Source of the DNA: Selaginella moellendorffii
Taxonomy: Eukaryota > Plantae > Lycopodiophyta
Assembly: GCF_000143415.4 (NCBI RefSeq)
Contig: NW_003314393.1
Coordinates: forward strand, 1 to 64,000
Length of the DNA stretch: 64,000 nucleotides
Direction: 5' to 3'
Shown: piece after piece, positions 37,104 to 50,869 of the stretch
Position numbering within the stretch: the stretch's first letter is position 1
Layout: the number at the start of each line of letters is the position of its first letter
Program-made: the position numbers and the translations under genes
Notes under the pieces: model-generated
Seen by the model: the letters and a program-made list of their open reading frames with translations, nothing else
Told to the model about the DNA's origin: nothing
The model's database searches: none

Positions 37104-40100
37104 CTATACTCACATCCTTGAACTTGTTGCTCCACAATCTACTAAATCTAGATTGGCTCAGCTTCCTGTAGCCATTACTCTGGAGTTCCCGATTCACATC
37201 TTCCAATATGGCCCCCTTGGTATACATGGAAGGGAGAACTCGTTGGGTGTCTCGTGTTCCATCTTCCAAGAGGCGGGTTTTATGTGGTTGCTGCTTGTTA
37301 CATGTCTCGACAAACCTCTTGAAGATTGCGTCTCCATATACAACATGACCCCTGGTTTTGTGCGTACCGTCGTTCCCATGGACTGCCTGTTGAACCCTTT
37401 GTTCCTCGAACTCAGTTTTGATTCTGTAGAATGTGGTTCGAGGGACTCCATAAATGATTCTCCATGCCTTCATGCAGACCAAACCCCTCTGGAAGACCAT
37501 GCCCCCCACCTGATGTTCTGAAGCATCAACAGATGACCGTAATGCCTCATACACAAAATTGCGAGCTGCCTTCCAGGACAATGTCTTGTATCTTGCTCTC
37601 TCCTCTTCAATAGCATCCCAATCAGCATGTTGACAGCACCTCCTCTTGCAACAAGCAACTGTCGAGACCATTCGAACCTCCATCGCCATTTTCTGCCTTT
37701 TCGGTTCGTTGCTCAGATCCCTTTGGCTGCGCTTTAGGAAGGTGTACTTTCTTTTCCCATGAAGAGATGTTCTGTCATCAGTTGTAGTGGTGTTTGATTG
37801 TGAATCCTTCACATTCTCAAACACTAAGTGCCTCAATTTCCACCGCATAATGCTTCCAATAGTCAGATTGTTTTCTTCTGTGTCAACAACCTCTAAAATC
37901 GCAACTCCAATATCATCCCAGCCCAATTCTTGATTAGCAACCGCATCTCTTGGATCGACAACTGTGGCTAAGCCCTCAGCTACCACCTCCCCCTCGGGGT
38001 TGTTTAGAAACACTTTCGCCTGAATCCATGTAGCACGGTTTTTAAGATCCACGGAGGGAACATGCGTCGCACTTGCGCTGTCCCCAACATCTATTTTCTT
38101 CTGAAGATTTTTCAAGGCAACAATTACATTTACCCCGACGACCATCTCTCCTCGTTCAATAACGACCACATTCCCATCGAAGACAGTCTCTACTGATACA
38201 GCAGCATTGCCTTCCCCAAGCCTTTGACAGTGTATAACAAAGTTCCGATCCATAGACACAAGGGTCCCTTTTGTAACTCTCTTCCCACCATTCAAAATGT
38301 AAACCTTTTCCCCAACCCTGAAGGCCATTCTGAAAGTGCAGAAAAGAAGTTAAGACCATACAAAAAATGATTGGAGAATGGCCTAAATCATAACATACCA
38401 AACAACCTCAATAGCATGAGGCCACATGCCATTATTCAAACATGCTATTGACACCCACGTGAAATTTCGCATTCACAAAATTGGCATGAGGCCTCATGCC
38501 ATCTTGATATACACACAGCTGCAGGCAAGTAAAAACATACATGACAATACGCTAGCCATGAAATTGCAAGGGCCCAAGATGGCATGTGGCCTCATGCCAT
38601 TTCTAAATGTGGTCCTAAGCCATTCCATGGTGAACATACCAAGAAGCACAAGTGCCGAATATCAAGAGGAAGCAGTAGCCACACCAAAGACAGTGCCACT
38701 CTCAACACCGCAACTACTCGTAGCGCCGCTCGCAACACCGCAACTGCTCGTAGCGTCGCTCGCACAAACTGCCACTCGCATAAACTGCCGCTCGCAATGG
38801 CGCTCGCAATGCCGCAACCGCTCGTAGACGCATAAACCACAGCCCACAACGCCGCTTACACAAGCAGCGCTCACTGCGCTCAGCGGAACCAAGAACACGG
38901 CGCACAAAAATGATAGACCTAGGAATGAGTTCGAGAATTCAAAAATAACACACACTTGAACGTCACATCAAATCCTCTGACAAACCAGATTTTATGATTC
39001 CTCTGACAAATTTCAAATTGAGTAGCTTTTAGACTTTGCTATCGGAGGTTGAACTTTGTCATATCATGTCCTTGCCTCGATCCAGCTATGCCATGTCAGT
39101 GATTCAAACTTTGCCATGCCATGTCAGCGATCCGCGCCAAGATTATTCGCCGTGTAAAGGAATAATTATGCTCTGTGTGTATGAATATAAGGCCACACGC
39201 CATTCAAAGAATAATGCTAGTCGAGCATTTTTTGGTGCATTTTTGGGTTCAAAATTGCATGAGCCCACACGCTATAAAGTTTACTTGTACCAAAAATAGA
39301 AATAGCTTTATTTACTTGGGAATTTAAGTGGTTGAGGCATTTTTAAACTTACAAACACATGCCCTACTTACATTCTTTTGGTTGCTTAAAATTCAAAAAT
39401 ATTATAAACCTTTCTTTTTGCATTTTCAATGTTTTCAATTATGGTTTTTGATTTTCGCAGGACCAGCCTAGTAATCTATTTGCATCCCGTCATGTTTATA
39501 GCTAGCTTTCGTTTGTCCCCTTCGCTAGCCTGAGATACATCTGCTCGGCATCTGCCTCTTATAGCATTTGCCCAGAAAGGGCATCTTTCTTCACGCAGCA
39601 TTTGCCACATGTTTAGGGTTTAGGGTTTAGGGTTTAGCAATTCAGTAGCTTGATAAACATGCAAATATAGAACTTGATGCAAAATCCTTTGATATGTCAC
39701 AATGCCCCTAGGACCATAAACACATTTCAATAGAGAGGGTCCTTTCATTTCATAACTCCTTACGTAGATCTTGGTGAAACCAGAGTTAGTGAAGTTAGTT
39801 TCTTGTGATCCCGCATCTGATTGTGATGTCCCTTTGCAGTGTCGATGGAAAGGTCAATGCACACCAAACTGTAAAATCTTGGAGCAAAATAACGGTCAGA
39901 TCTATGGCAAATGCCCCTGAAACATTGTAAGGCTCGTGTGGTCTCATGTGGTGTCCGATCGAGATGCTTCTTTGCAGGCTCATCAAAAAAAACATTGTAT
40001 ACCATTCTGTAAAATCTAGTTGCGATCTAACGGTTGGATCTCCAGAAAACTCAAAAACATCTCGCGCGTGTCAGAATATCCTAGGAATATACTCCTATGT

Positions 40101-40627
40101 GCCTCTGAAAATGGCATGCGGCCCCACGCCATTCAACATATTCACTGGGATGGCATTACGGCCCCACGCCATTCAAGAGATAACGCCAAATTACGCCGAG
40201 CATTTTTTGGTGCATTTTTTGGGTTCAAAATTGCATGAGCCGACACGCTATAAAATTTATCTTTGCCAAATAAAGAAAAGTTTATCTGTGTCATGTGAGG
40301 TAGTTATAGTCCTTTGTGCTCGGCATCTGCCTCTTGCAGCATTTGCACTGAAAGGGAATTTTTCTCCATTCAGCATTTGGCCCTGAAAATGGCATGCGCC
40401 CACACGCCATTCAAGGAATAACGCCACAGGACGCCTGGATTTTTGGGTTTAAAATGTTTAGGGTTTTTTGGGTTTTTTCAAAATATTTTGGGTCCAACAT
40501 TTTTTGGGTTTCTTTGGTTCAAAATTGCATGAGCCCACACGCTATAATATTGATTTGAGAGAAAAATAGAAACAGATAGAATTTCTTTATTTATTCAGTA
40601 TGTGGCCTCACGCCATTTCCATTGCAG

Positions 40628-43600
40628 GAATTCTCGAGTCTTCTCTCGAAAACACTGGGGGTCAATGACACACTTAGCATCCATAACATTCTACTCACGA
40701 CAAAAGTTGTTTTTGACAAATGGGTGGATGTGCTGAGGAGGTACCATGACAGGGAGTTGCTAAACTCAATGGGTGTGGAGGACGGCCGGAAGCCCAATGA
40801 TTTGAAGCTCAACGCCTTGCGTTTCTCGCGGTCTCTAGACGACGACGACCTTCTGACAGTGGCTAATGCTTTTCTACATGGTGAGGTAGTCTTCAACAAG
40901 ACCAAAATGACTCCTGGCCATATTGTGACATACGAGGACTTGTGCACGACTCTGAGAGCTCGTGCGCTATTGAAGGATTGGATCTTCGAGCAAGTGGCCG
41001 TGGAGAGGGTGAGCATCGACACCACGCAAGAGATGATGGAAGAGCTGGAGTTGTCAAATGAAGACATCGACGACTACGTGAAGGGGGACCCCAAGTTCAT
41101 CGATCTACTGCGGGATGCCACGAAAAGTAAAGCTGAGAAGTTGGATCAGTATCCAAATTTCATTAAGAGGGATGTCGACCGCCGGCTTCAGAAATAGCTC
41201 GACCCCGCAGCAGAGGCCTATCGAGAACCTTACCGGGTATACGTGAATTCGGATGAGGATCAAAGGTGGAGGAGCATCGTTTCCCGTGGAGATGAGCAGG
41301 TCAAGAACATCTTTTGTGTGATGGACTTCACAAACGAGGAGATCACTCATGCAGACGAAGTCAGCTCCATCATTGACTTAATGGTGGGACTTGCGGAGGT
41401 GGAATCTTCAGTCCACTATATGATCTACGACTCCGAATCCTATCACAAGTTCTGGAAGGCCTTGAACGAGGTGAAGGCTCGGTTGAAAGGCAAGGAGATG
41501 CGGGAGATCCATGGGATAATGGCTAAGAAGAAGATACCGACGAATGTCCGCATCTTCACACTCGCCCTTGTTATTGGTCCTGCAGCAGAGTGGGACTGGA
41601 GTGACTTCCCAGCTTCGTTCAACAAAGCCGATCGAATTGATCTGAGGGAGGTCAATTTACCCGTGCCTGAGGAACTGAAGACGGCTATGGAGCTTTCGAA
41701 TCCAAAGAAAGCTCCAGGTGCAGCATGGGAAATGCTCAGCTGGGTCTTCAACGCAATAGTGGGTGACTCCAAGGGCAAATGCGTTGTCGAGTACAACTGC
41801 GGCGGACTATTCTTTCGAGCCGCACTACTCAAGGGTGTTCTGTGTGTTGCGGTGACAAACTCTATTGAAGAGGTGACTTCAATGAAGCATATAATTACAG
41901 TTGCCAAAGAAAAACAGTATCTTCTCTGCGAACCTGGTGAGTATGCACTTTAAGTTAAATGTTATCTCACAAGCTCTGTATGCAGGAGCGTGGCCACCCC
42001 CAGATGCTGAAACGGCGTTAACAGCTACTGTTGGGCCGAGCTCACAACCTGCACAAGGTAAGGTCACGTGAGGCCTCACGCCATTTTGATTATAGATCGT
42101 TGTGAATATTCAGACACGAGGACTGAAAAGCGCACTGGTGGCGCGTCGAAGAAGGACAAACAGACAAGCAATAGGAAAAAAGGAGGTACAAATTATATTT
42201 GCAATGGTGTGTGGTCTCATGCCATTCCTTGCAGGAGACACTTCTTCAAAGGCAAAACAGGCAAGCACCAGCCAAGCTCAAACTGACAGTGGTCATAAAA
42301 AGCGAAAGCACGTTGGACAGTCGTCGGGATCAAAGGCGTTTGATTCGAAAAGGAAGAAGGGCAACGAAAAGATGATAGGTAATGCCTCGCTGTCACCACC
42401 TCCTGACTCAGATTCCTATGGCGGATTCCCCTTCCCCAATCTCAATGGAGAGGTACAATGGATGAGGGATGCTTTTCAAGTCAGGGCCACGTTATTCTCA
42501 TCTCGTCGTCTTCGAAGGGTGCAAGAACGTGCAGAAACCATGTTAAGACAGTCGGGTGAGGATATGGTCCTAGGTCACGCACTAAAATAGGCTATGGATG
42601 TCTTGTATTTTGAGATGGAGACTCGGCCAGATGATTTTCCGAAGATGGTCCTGGAAGAACAAGCCATCCAGCTTGAGCAGCCTATGGAAGAAATGCAGGA
42701 GGGGGATGAGGAGCCAGAGAAAGATAATGAGCAGGAAGAGCAGAAGGACGAAGAGGAGGACAAAGAAGAGGAGGACGAAGAAGAGGAGGACAAAGAGGAC
42801 TTGGATGGTCCTCACAATGGTGACGATCACAATAATGACGACGACAATGATGACGACGATGGCCAGCCTGAGGTGGCCAAAGAGCAGCGGAGGAAGGTCA
42901 TACAAGACAAACCATCAGGTAAATAATAGTACATCCATTCCTAACCTTTTACCATTTCTAACGTTGTCCATGTAGGTTGCAAAGCAAATGGTAAGTAGAG
43001 ATTATTCAGTTGAATTAAGATACAAACTCTAGCCTTTAGTGTCGAGGAAGGATAGTGCCAAGCAAGGGTCGAAACATATGTCCAATACTTCAGAATCAAC
43101 AATGCGCCCAAGTGATATCGATCCTAGTTCCTCAATAGCAGTTGATGGTAAATACAATATAGTCGATTCAATGTGCTAATGAGTTTGTTTTTAGTAGCCA
43201 GTAGGGAGGATACCATCTCAATCGAAGGGAGATATTTGGACATGCATATGGATCCGCCAGTGGACTCTACTTGCCTGCAAGAGTCATCAGAGCTGGTGGA
43301 GGCTACTATCCATATCAACGCCAAGCAAGCTGACCACGCTCCACTTGATGCTGCCCATACCACTGAGTCAATCTTGTCCACGTATCCAACTGACGGTGAC
43401 TAGGCGCCATTGGACCCGCATGAGGCCGCCCCAGCCGCCGAGCCGGTCGTATCCTTATTTCCAACGGACTCAACGTGTGCCCAATCGTCTGACTACGCGC
43501 CGTTGGAACCTCCCTACACCGCCCTTGCTGCCTGTTCGGTCATGTCCACTTTGCCAACGGAGGCACCAGCTGAAATGGCGTGTGATCACACGCCATCGGA

Positions 43601-44692
43601 ACCACCCCATGCCACTGTTGAGCCAGTTGTACCAGAGTCTACAGCTGAAATGGCATGTGCCCACATGCCATCGGATGCAATTGACCCCACATTGCAGAGG
43701 AGAGTATTTCCGCCCTTCACGTTTCCTCGACTAAAACCCTCTGAACGACCATCGGGAGCACCATTCGCTAATATTGTAGATGGTAAAATTGACTTATACC
43801 ATTTTTTATGCTGACGCATTTCATTTCAGAATCACGGCGAAAGTATTGTATCGTTTTTGATCTGAATGGTGTCCTTTTCTCCCATGAGCGTGGCTCGTCC
43901 TCGAATGTCACTGCACCCTCCAAAGCCTGCGGTCGCAAGTTGGTCAAAAGAGACAGATTCACATTAATCACACGGGAGAAACTGCGGGATCTAATAATGA
44001 CCATGCGACACTTAAAACAGAGGGCCGGGTTCAATTTGCAATTGGGAGTTTAGACATCCATGATGCGCCACAATGCATTAACGTTGCTACAGATGATGCA
44101 CAATCAGACGCGAGTAATATTACCATTTGACTTTCTCCTAACGCAGGAGGATTGCTTGACTATGGTCCATGTGAGGGGTAGCAAGCCCATCTTCGTCAAG
44201 CCAGAGGCTGTAGTGATGAACCGGACTGCTAGGTCAAGTGAGATCCTCATCATCAATAACTCGCTGATTAAAACTGCAGCGAACACGCACACATATGCAG
44301 TGCACCCCATCTCTTGCAGTATGGAAACTAGGGAGAAGAAACCGTATGTTCTGGGGGACCTTGTAAAACGGCTTAGAGCGATGGTGATAGAGAACCAGCC
44401 AGTCCAGGAGGTGGCTGCAGAAATCAACCAAATGGCAGATGGAACGGTATATCAGAAGCCATTTGATCGGACAGACACCAGTCATCATTTATGGCATGTA
44501 TATTGTCTAGCCAAGCACTATCCGCATCTCCATAATCTGCTCAACTGGATGGGTTCTTCGACCACTGAACATGAGCGTGGACGTATTAGAGAAGAGATGG
44601 CATTACTATTGGGTTTAAATCCTGATAGCGTGGAGAGTGATGAAATTCCAAGATTATTGTATAGGCGTTGGAGGCAAAAAATAACAGTCTGA
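40628..44692 (+). pseudogene. E2 cargo gene, 5'-truncated (promoter and ParB domain deleted); keeps MTase-like, acidic and FCP1 parts
   Basis: Homologous to E1 3962-8104; ~2-kb deletion (E1 ~8133-10102) at ~40594-40600; several TAG stops. Confidence 0.85.
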
Positions 44693-45134
44693 GATGGCAT
44701 GTATTTATTTAAAAATGTAACTTATTATGGCATGGGGTTCCATGCCATTGTATTAATATTAAAAGACAATTCTTTGAGAGGATTTGCATTATACTAGAAG
44801 TGTTACAGCATGTTATTGGAAGTCTACGAAGTTGTTTTATTAATAAGGAGAAAGTAAAGATTGAATGGGGACTTGGGCTCCACCTAGACTCGGAGCAACT
44901 GAGCCAATATTAAAAGGATGGAAAGAAATTGGACGACGATGACAAGGAGAAGAGAGAGGTGAAGCAGTGGCAAGGGGAGGAGAAGTGATTGAGTAGACAT
45001 TTCCTTGTTTAAAATAAAATGGCATGTGCCTCAATGCAGTTGAATTTTGTTATATTTATATACTATATAAAGGTTTGGAAACCTTATTTTACAAGTGGGA
45101 TAATGACAATTCCCACTTTAACGAAATAGAGCTT

Positions 45135-45628
45135 TCAGGCGAAATATCTCCACCACTAGGCCCTGTCCAAAACTTGATTTCAAACGCCTCGGTCCTTTCC
45201 CTATCACTCCCATCATTAATCCTGTCACTTATCGCCTTGCACTTCCCTCCTCATATCAAATTCACCCCGTTTTTCATTCCTCTCTCCTTGAGCCTTATAT
45301 TCCTAGTCCTATTCCCAATCGGGTCATTCCTCCACCTCCACCAGTGCAGCTCGAGGATGGGTCTGAGTACGAGGTTCAGGACATCCTTGATTCCAAGATT
45401 TCACGGTCTAAACTCTACTATCTGGTCGACTGGAAGGGTTACGGGCCTAAAGAACGCACTTGGGAACCTGCGGAGAACCTGATTCATTCTCCTGACCTTG
45501 TTCAGGACTTTCACCACCGCTATCCTAGTCGTCCCAGTCCTTATTCTTTTTCTCCATCTCCCATCCTTTGCCGCTCATCTCATCCTCCTCGTCGTTCTCA
45601 TTCACATCCTCGTTCCACTCGTTCTTGA
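45135..45628 (+). pseudogene. pol: Gypsy pol 3' end: GPF module and chromodomain
   Basis: KLDFKRLGPF..YRLAL..HPVFH.SLLEP; EYEVQDILDSKISRSKLYYLVDWKGYGPKERTWEPAENL. Confidence 0.93.
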
Positions 45629-45639
45629 GGAGGGGGTGC

Positions 45640-46026
45640 TATCAGGAATCCCCCAATTCTTGCCACATTCCTGACTCTCGCCGGATTCCTGACCTGCAGA
45701 CCACATTCCTGATTCTCAAGACACTTCCCTATTCCTGACTCTCAAGACACTTCCCTATTCCTGACTCTCAAGACACTTCCCGATTCCTGAGTCTCGAGCC
45801 ACATTCCTGATATTGATGTGGCGCCTCCTCGACCTCAGCTATATTTAGGCCGTCCTCGATCCAAGAGTGGTGAAGCTTCATCAACCTATAGTATATATAG
45901 GTTAGCCTTGTTTCCATTTCTCCACAATCTGAATCAACACCAGTCTAAGGCCTCTTCTTTGTTTCCACTAGCTTTTCTCTTTGTCTTTAGCCTTTTCTAG
46001 TCTTGATCTTGTTGGGGGTCTTGACA
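45640..46026 (+). repeat. Gypsy 3' LTR (387 bp)
   Basis: Matches 20331-20716 with about 10 substitutions and 1 indel; starts TA (mutated TG) and ends CA. Confidence 0.93.
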
Positions 46027-46299
46027 GAGAGGATAGTGATTATGAGTTTGAGATAAATGTGTGCGTGATGTTATAGTATGTTGTGAGAGCATATATACTA
46101 TTATATTGATCATTGCCTTTGTTTCCATTAGACGCTAGAAAATATATAGGGCATTTCTTAAAAGTTGTAGAATTGTAATTTTCTAAAACAAATAAGAGGG
46201 CATTCTTTTTCACCCAATTTGTTGCGCCCTCTGTCATTCCAAAAGACTACCATGAAATCTTTTTTGAGATGGTAAAGACAGAGATGGAGATATACGAGC

Positions 46300-49200
46300 A
46301 CTATGTATATTATTGCGAAAAGAACACTCACAAGTATATAAAATGAAAAGTAAAATGAAAAAACAAATTTTTATTAATTATATAAAGTATAATAAGTTTA
46401 TATTATTGATAGAGAATAAACATCAATAGTGTTGGAGAAATTTAGTTAGCTCCAAATATTTTCTGCAACTCAACAATAGTAAGGCTCGCTTGGTGTATAT
46501 GAATATCCACTTTAGGATCCTAGTGCAAGATGTTAATGAAAATGTAGTATATATGCTTCCAAAGAGCATATGCCTTCCCATGTTCCTCGTGCTTTGTAAA
46601 GTCTAAACATGTGTAAGAAGGAAAGTCTTGAATGTCAATTATGTACTCTCCACCTTTTGTTTTGACTATATACTCCTTTGCAAGCGTAGTGATGTATTTC
46701 GTGAAGAGAATCTCACACTCAAGTGTTTGAGCTAAGTTTATTTTACCCTGTTTCTGCTTGGAGACAGTAGCAATAAATTTAACTGCCTTACTTTTTCTTG
46801 CTAGCCTTCTGTGCATCTTTGTAAAAATAGTCTTGGTTCTATCACTCATGTTTCCAACTCTCCTCTCAAGATTGAAACCATATTTCTCAAAGTTTTCAAT
46901 CTCATCTAAGGTGAGTGCGACCCCATTAGCAACCGGCCATTCTTTAGGTATTGCATCAAGTTTAGGGTTTAGTCACTATAGTGTCTTCAAGCCGCTTCAT
47001 ATGGTTGATGTCGGTGTTGCAATAATACAGCCAACACCATCTCAAAAATTTTGCTTGCTTTTGTTCCCCATAGAAATATAGGGCTGGAATAGAAGTAGAT
47101 TTGTCATCACGAATCCAGGCCCAACGCTTGCCCCTCAAAAGCATCCCCACACACCTTTGCATTTGATTTTACTAGCATGCATCGGATTGCATATTGCTTT
47201 AGCTCCATGTTATGGTAAATGGTGATATCCTCACTGGAACATCCTAACTTCCCACCACCCTAACCATAACTTAAGTTGTGGTAGACAACTTACGTTCATA
47301 TGGTGATCTTCACGCCACCACCTTTGGATTTCATTTGCTTTTGCCTCATGCTCTTCTTCAGTGTGAGACACAAAATCCCTAGGCCCCAAAGTGGAGCCGG
47401 AGGGGCACCACGTGGTAGTGGCTGAAGCGAAAGCCAAACGAGCGTAACACGTTTGGACAAAAGCTCCACTTTGAAAGGTCGAGAGCGGGAGTGGAACCCC
47501 TAACAAAGTGCTTGAGGAATGAGCATGAAGCGAGCGATAAGCGAGGCTCCAAAAAGTGACCCAAAAAGGACTAACACATAACACGTGGAAGTGTCCGAGA
47601 TGGACCCGAGTTGGAGTCCAAAGTGGAGTCCGAAGTGGAGTCCGAGAAGGACCCCGAGATGGAGTCCGAGGTGGAGTCCGAGGTGGACCCGAGATGGATC
47701 CGAGATTGAGTCCGAGACAGACCCAAGATGGAGTCCGAGATGGACCCGAAATGGACCCGAGATGGAGTCCGAGATGGACCTGAGATGGAGTCCGAGATGG
47801 ACCCGAGATGGAGTCCGAGATGGACCCGAGATGAAGTCCAAAATGGAGTCCGAGATGGACCCGAGATGGAGTCCGAAGTCGAGACCGAGACCGGGACCGA
47901 GACCGGGACCAAGACTGAGACCGAGATCGGGATCGAGACCGAGACCGAGATCGGGACCGAGACCAAGACTGAGCCCGAGTCCGAGTCCGAGTCCGAGTCC
48001 GAGTCCGAGTCCGAGTCCGAGTCCAAGTCCGAGTCTGAGTCCGAGTCCGAGTCCGAGTTCGAGTCTGAGAGGGTGAAAGCCCAAAGTGTTCGTTTCCTAG
48101 ACCCTGGGTGGTTTGGTGAGCTCCAAAAGTATAGTAGGGGGAGGACTGAAGTGGAGCCAGTTTGACCAGGAAAGGCCAGTTTGGCCCAGGAAGGCCGGAC
48201 CCAGTGTTGGGTGATGAGCTGCCCACTGGGAAGTCCAAGACTAGAGTGAACACAAACTGACAAGTAGGGTAGCTTGGTGAAGTGTTCAAGAGCCGGCTCT
48301 AGTTCCCCGGGAGATCGATTGGCCGATGCTCCCAGTCCAAGTGTGGGTGGCACTACCTACTTGGATACCTGTCGTGGCTCAACGAAACCTCGCTCTAAGC
48401 CCATGGCTAGAGCACCTAAAGGTGAAAGGCGGGGAGAGTACCCATGAGGCTTGCGTAAGGCCACGGTGTTTCGAAATGTTGTCCCAAAGTCCCAAACGGT
48501 GAAAGGGAAGAGGAATAGGCCTCTAATGCAGTGACCAATGATATGGTTACATGGTGAGGAAGTCCCAAAGGATAGTGGGACTTAGCGGTCAGGCCTGTGG
48601 GCCTTGATCCAGTGGCAGTGTTGGCAAACACGGCCATGGACTAAAAGGGACTTAGTGGGGACTGGAAAAGAGTTGTCGGGGAACGCTATTCCCCATGTCT
48701 GCGGGCATCCTAAGGATGCTAAGGAGTAGATCTGGGATGATCGCTCATGGACGGATGGCCCAGTCTTTGAGAGACGGGATTATAATGCAGGTGGCGTTAG
48801 ACCACCAGTGTGACCAAGGTGAATGGGCATGGCCTAGCGTAACGGGCTGGTATGTCGGTGGTACCTTGGGGTGTTGGTCATGGGATTGGACACGTGGAGA
48901 ACTTGGACCAAGTGCAAAGGTTGAGTGGCATGGATGCCATTCTCAGGGCTTGCAAGCCCCAAGTCCTAACTGGGACTTATGGAGGTTGTGAATGAGACTC
49001 CTCCAAGTGGTCGGAGGTGCAGTTAAGTGACTAAAGTAAAATGGAAAAATTAATCGCTTACATTCAGAAGGTGCAATCTACCATTGTTTGCACAACTTCT
49101 TAAACATTGATTGAAACTTTGGCTTGATAAGGTGGTAGTGTTGGTTTAGGCTTTGAGCCCAATGGAACTCACAAGTCTTCTTAGGACCTTCCAATGGTTG

Positions 49201-50319
49201 ACCATTCCCAAAAACTGCTTGGACACCATTCCAGTTTGCATTAGCCCCATCTACCATGCAACCGTAAAAGTTTGTAGGCTTACCAGTCTGCTTTAGGACA
49301 ATATTGGAGAGGGACTTCGAAAATATTTCCTAGGCTGTCTGGTCTTGTACATTAAACTATACTATTGCAATTGTCAAGTTATAATGTAGCCTGTGAAAAC
49401 ACAAGTATTACAACAGTTTTAATATAATGAGAATAAAAATTACCTTGGATCATACACATAAGCTCGCACAATTTGATACGCGCTCTATATAGTAAAAATG
49501 TACCCATGCATTTGCAAGGTCACTAGACCCAAACATGTCCATTCGAGAGACAAGATCTACACCAGAGGTAGGGTCTATTGTAGACATTTTGAAGACGAAG
49601 GGGCACTCTTGCTTATTCATAATTTGGTCTAGAAATAAACTTCTGTGGATGAACTCATATGGACAAGTCTGTTTCAATTCAAGGATAAAGTCAATTTTTG
49701 ATTGAAACTTCCCTTCTCAAGATTCACACATCCAAGATTTTATCCTAAACAATATAATGTAAGAAAAAGAGATTATGACAACATATGAAATATAACAGAC
49801 GTACCTCCTTAGGCTAGTAGCATGCATTGTTGCTCTGCCTAAACATCCATCCCGTAGAAGATGCGTCTCCATACCCCTTTTCCTACTTGATAAACTTGCC
49901 GGTGAAAACTCGAAGAATATATTCCCATTATAGGAAGAAAGAAGCTCCTCACCTCTCATATACTGGAACTCCTTCAATTCTAGCTGTAATGAATGAAATT
50001 GCCAAAATGCTTTATCCACTGCTTCAAAAATTTGTCCAAAAGGAATGCACTTACTTGTCTGGGAAGCTATATCAGGAAGCTCATCTTCTTCATTTTCGTC
50101 CCTTGAGAGAATAACAACTTCATCCTTCACTCCTTGTATAGTTGGCTGTGAAACTGATGTGCTCTCCTCTCTTTGCTTTAGAGATCTTATAAATAGAATC
50201 TCTTGACCTATACATCTATTAAGATCCCATTGAATCCTATTCTCTCCCACACCACTGTCGAGAGGCTCTTGATCGAACTTCAAATAGAATTCTCTCATAT
50301 CTTCTCCTTGCTTGAGCAT
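46300..50319 (-). pseudogene. Mutator-like (MULE) transposase with C-terminal SWIM finger, degenerate, split by a solo LTR
   Basis: NFYGCMVDGANANWNGVQAVFG...KTCEFHWAQSL at ~49147-49273 (MULE D...CxxH); LKLWLGWWEVR at ~47240-47275; FPSYTCLDF...WKHIYYIF (decayed SWIM) at ~46537-46625. Element ends not found. Confidence 0.78.
47362..49062 (+). mobile_element. Solo LTR (1,701 bp) of the non-autonomous LTR family
   Basis: TGTGAG...CTTACA flanked by TSD TTCAG (47357-47361, 49063-49067). Confidence 0.95.
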
Positions 50320-50869
50320 TTAGAAAAAATTTGGGGAGAAACTGACAAGAAAGAACAAAGATATTCTTTTGTATTGTGAGCATTAATTAGCTGTGTCCTT
50401 GCAAAGGACAAGTTAATTATTTTAACAAAATATACAACCGTTTAGAATCTAGAGAGATATGAGAATCTTAAAGAGCCACGCATATTAATTGTATAATTGA
50501 TTGTGAGAGGAATAATATTGTTTAAATGAATGTGGTTATAAGCGAGAAATGCCAGTTAGTCACAAAAGTTGTAGCATTGATTGCTTGTTCTCCTTCTCAT
50601 TTCCATGCTCTCTTCCTTTCAAGAGAGTTTCATCCTTTTGTGACAAATGAGAGAGACTCAAGCTCGGAAAGGTTGGTTCGCGCACATTGTAGTTTTCAAT
50701 TTATTTTTCACATCTTTTACTTACAAATTTTTCTTGTGAGAGCAGATATAAATCAAGCTTGACTACCTAAACCTTCCAACAAGGGACTTGAACTTAAAAT
50801 GCCACCGGTTTGCTTTACATTACAAGTTAAATGTTATAATATTTTTGCTTTTTATTTTAGAGGAAGCGC

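Larger units (their letters stand above)
27987..38328 (-). pseudogene. E2 transposase interrupted by an LTR element
   Basis: ORFs 37099-38328, 29431-29850 and 28018-29286 are near-identical to the E1 transposase; split at DVSI|GKY, with a 1-bp insertion near 29892 and stops. Confidence 0.9.
25040..45134 (-). mobile_element. E2: composite copy of the Sola-like transposon inserted in gypsy pol
   Basis: TIRs at 25040-25063 and 45111-45134; TSD TCAG at 25036-25039 and 45135-45138; removing it restores pol KVWLLR-RNISTTRPCPKLD; extra internal right end at 26440. Confidence 0.93.
20331..46026 (+). mobile_element. Ty3/gypsy chromovirus (Tcn1-like), ~5.6 kb, split by E2
   Basis: LTRs 20331-20716 and 45640-46026; 5-bp TSD GAGAG (20326-20330, 46027-46031); PPT GAGGAGGGGG at 45627-45636; gag, PR, RT, RH, INT and chromodomain in gypsy order. 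Confidence 0.95.

Noticed and set aside
3520-45134. E1/E2 as a simple large inverted segmental duplication or assembly artefact
   Set aside because: Each has its own TSD, private deletions and SNPs, and E2 cleanly interrupts gypsy pol; only the 25764-~29200 tract looks copied from E1.
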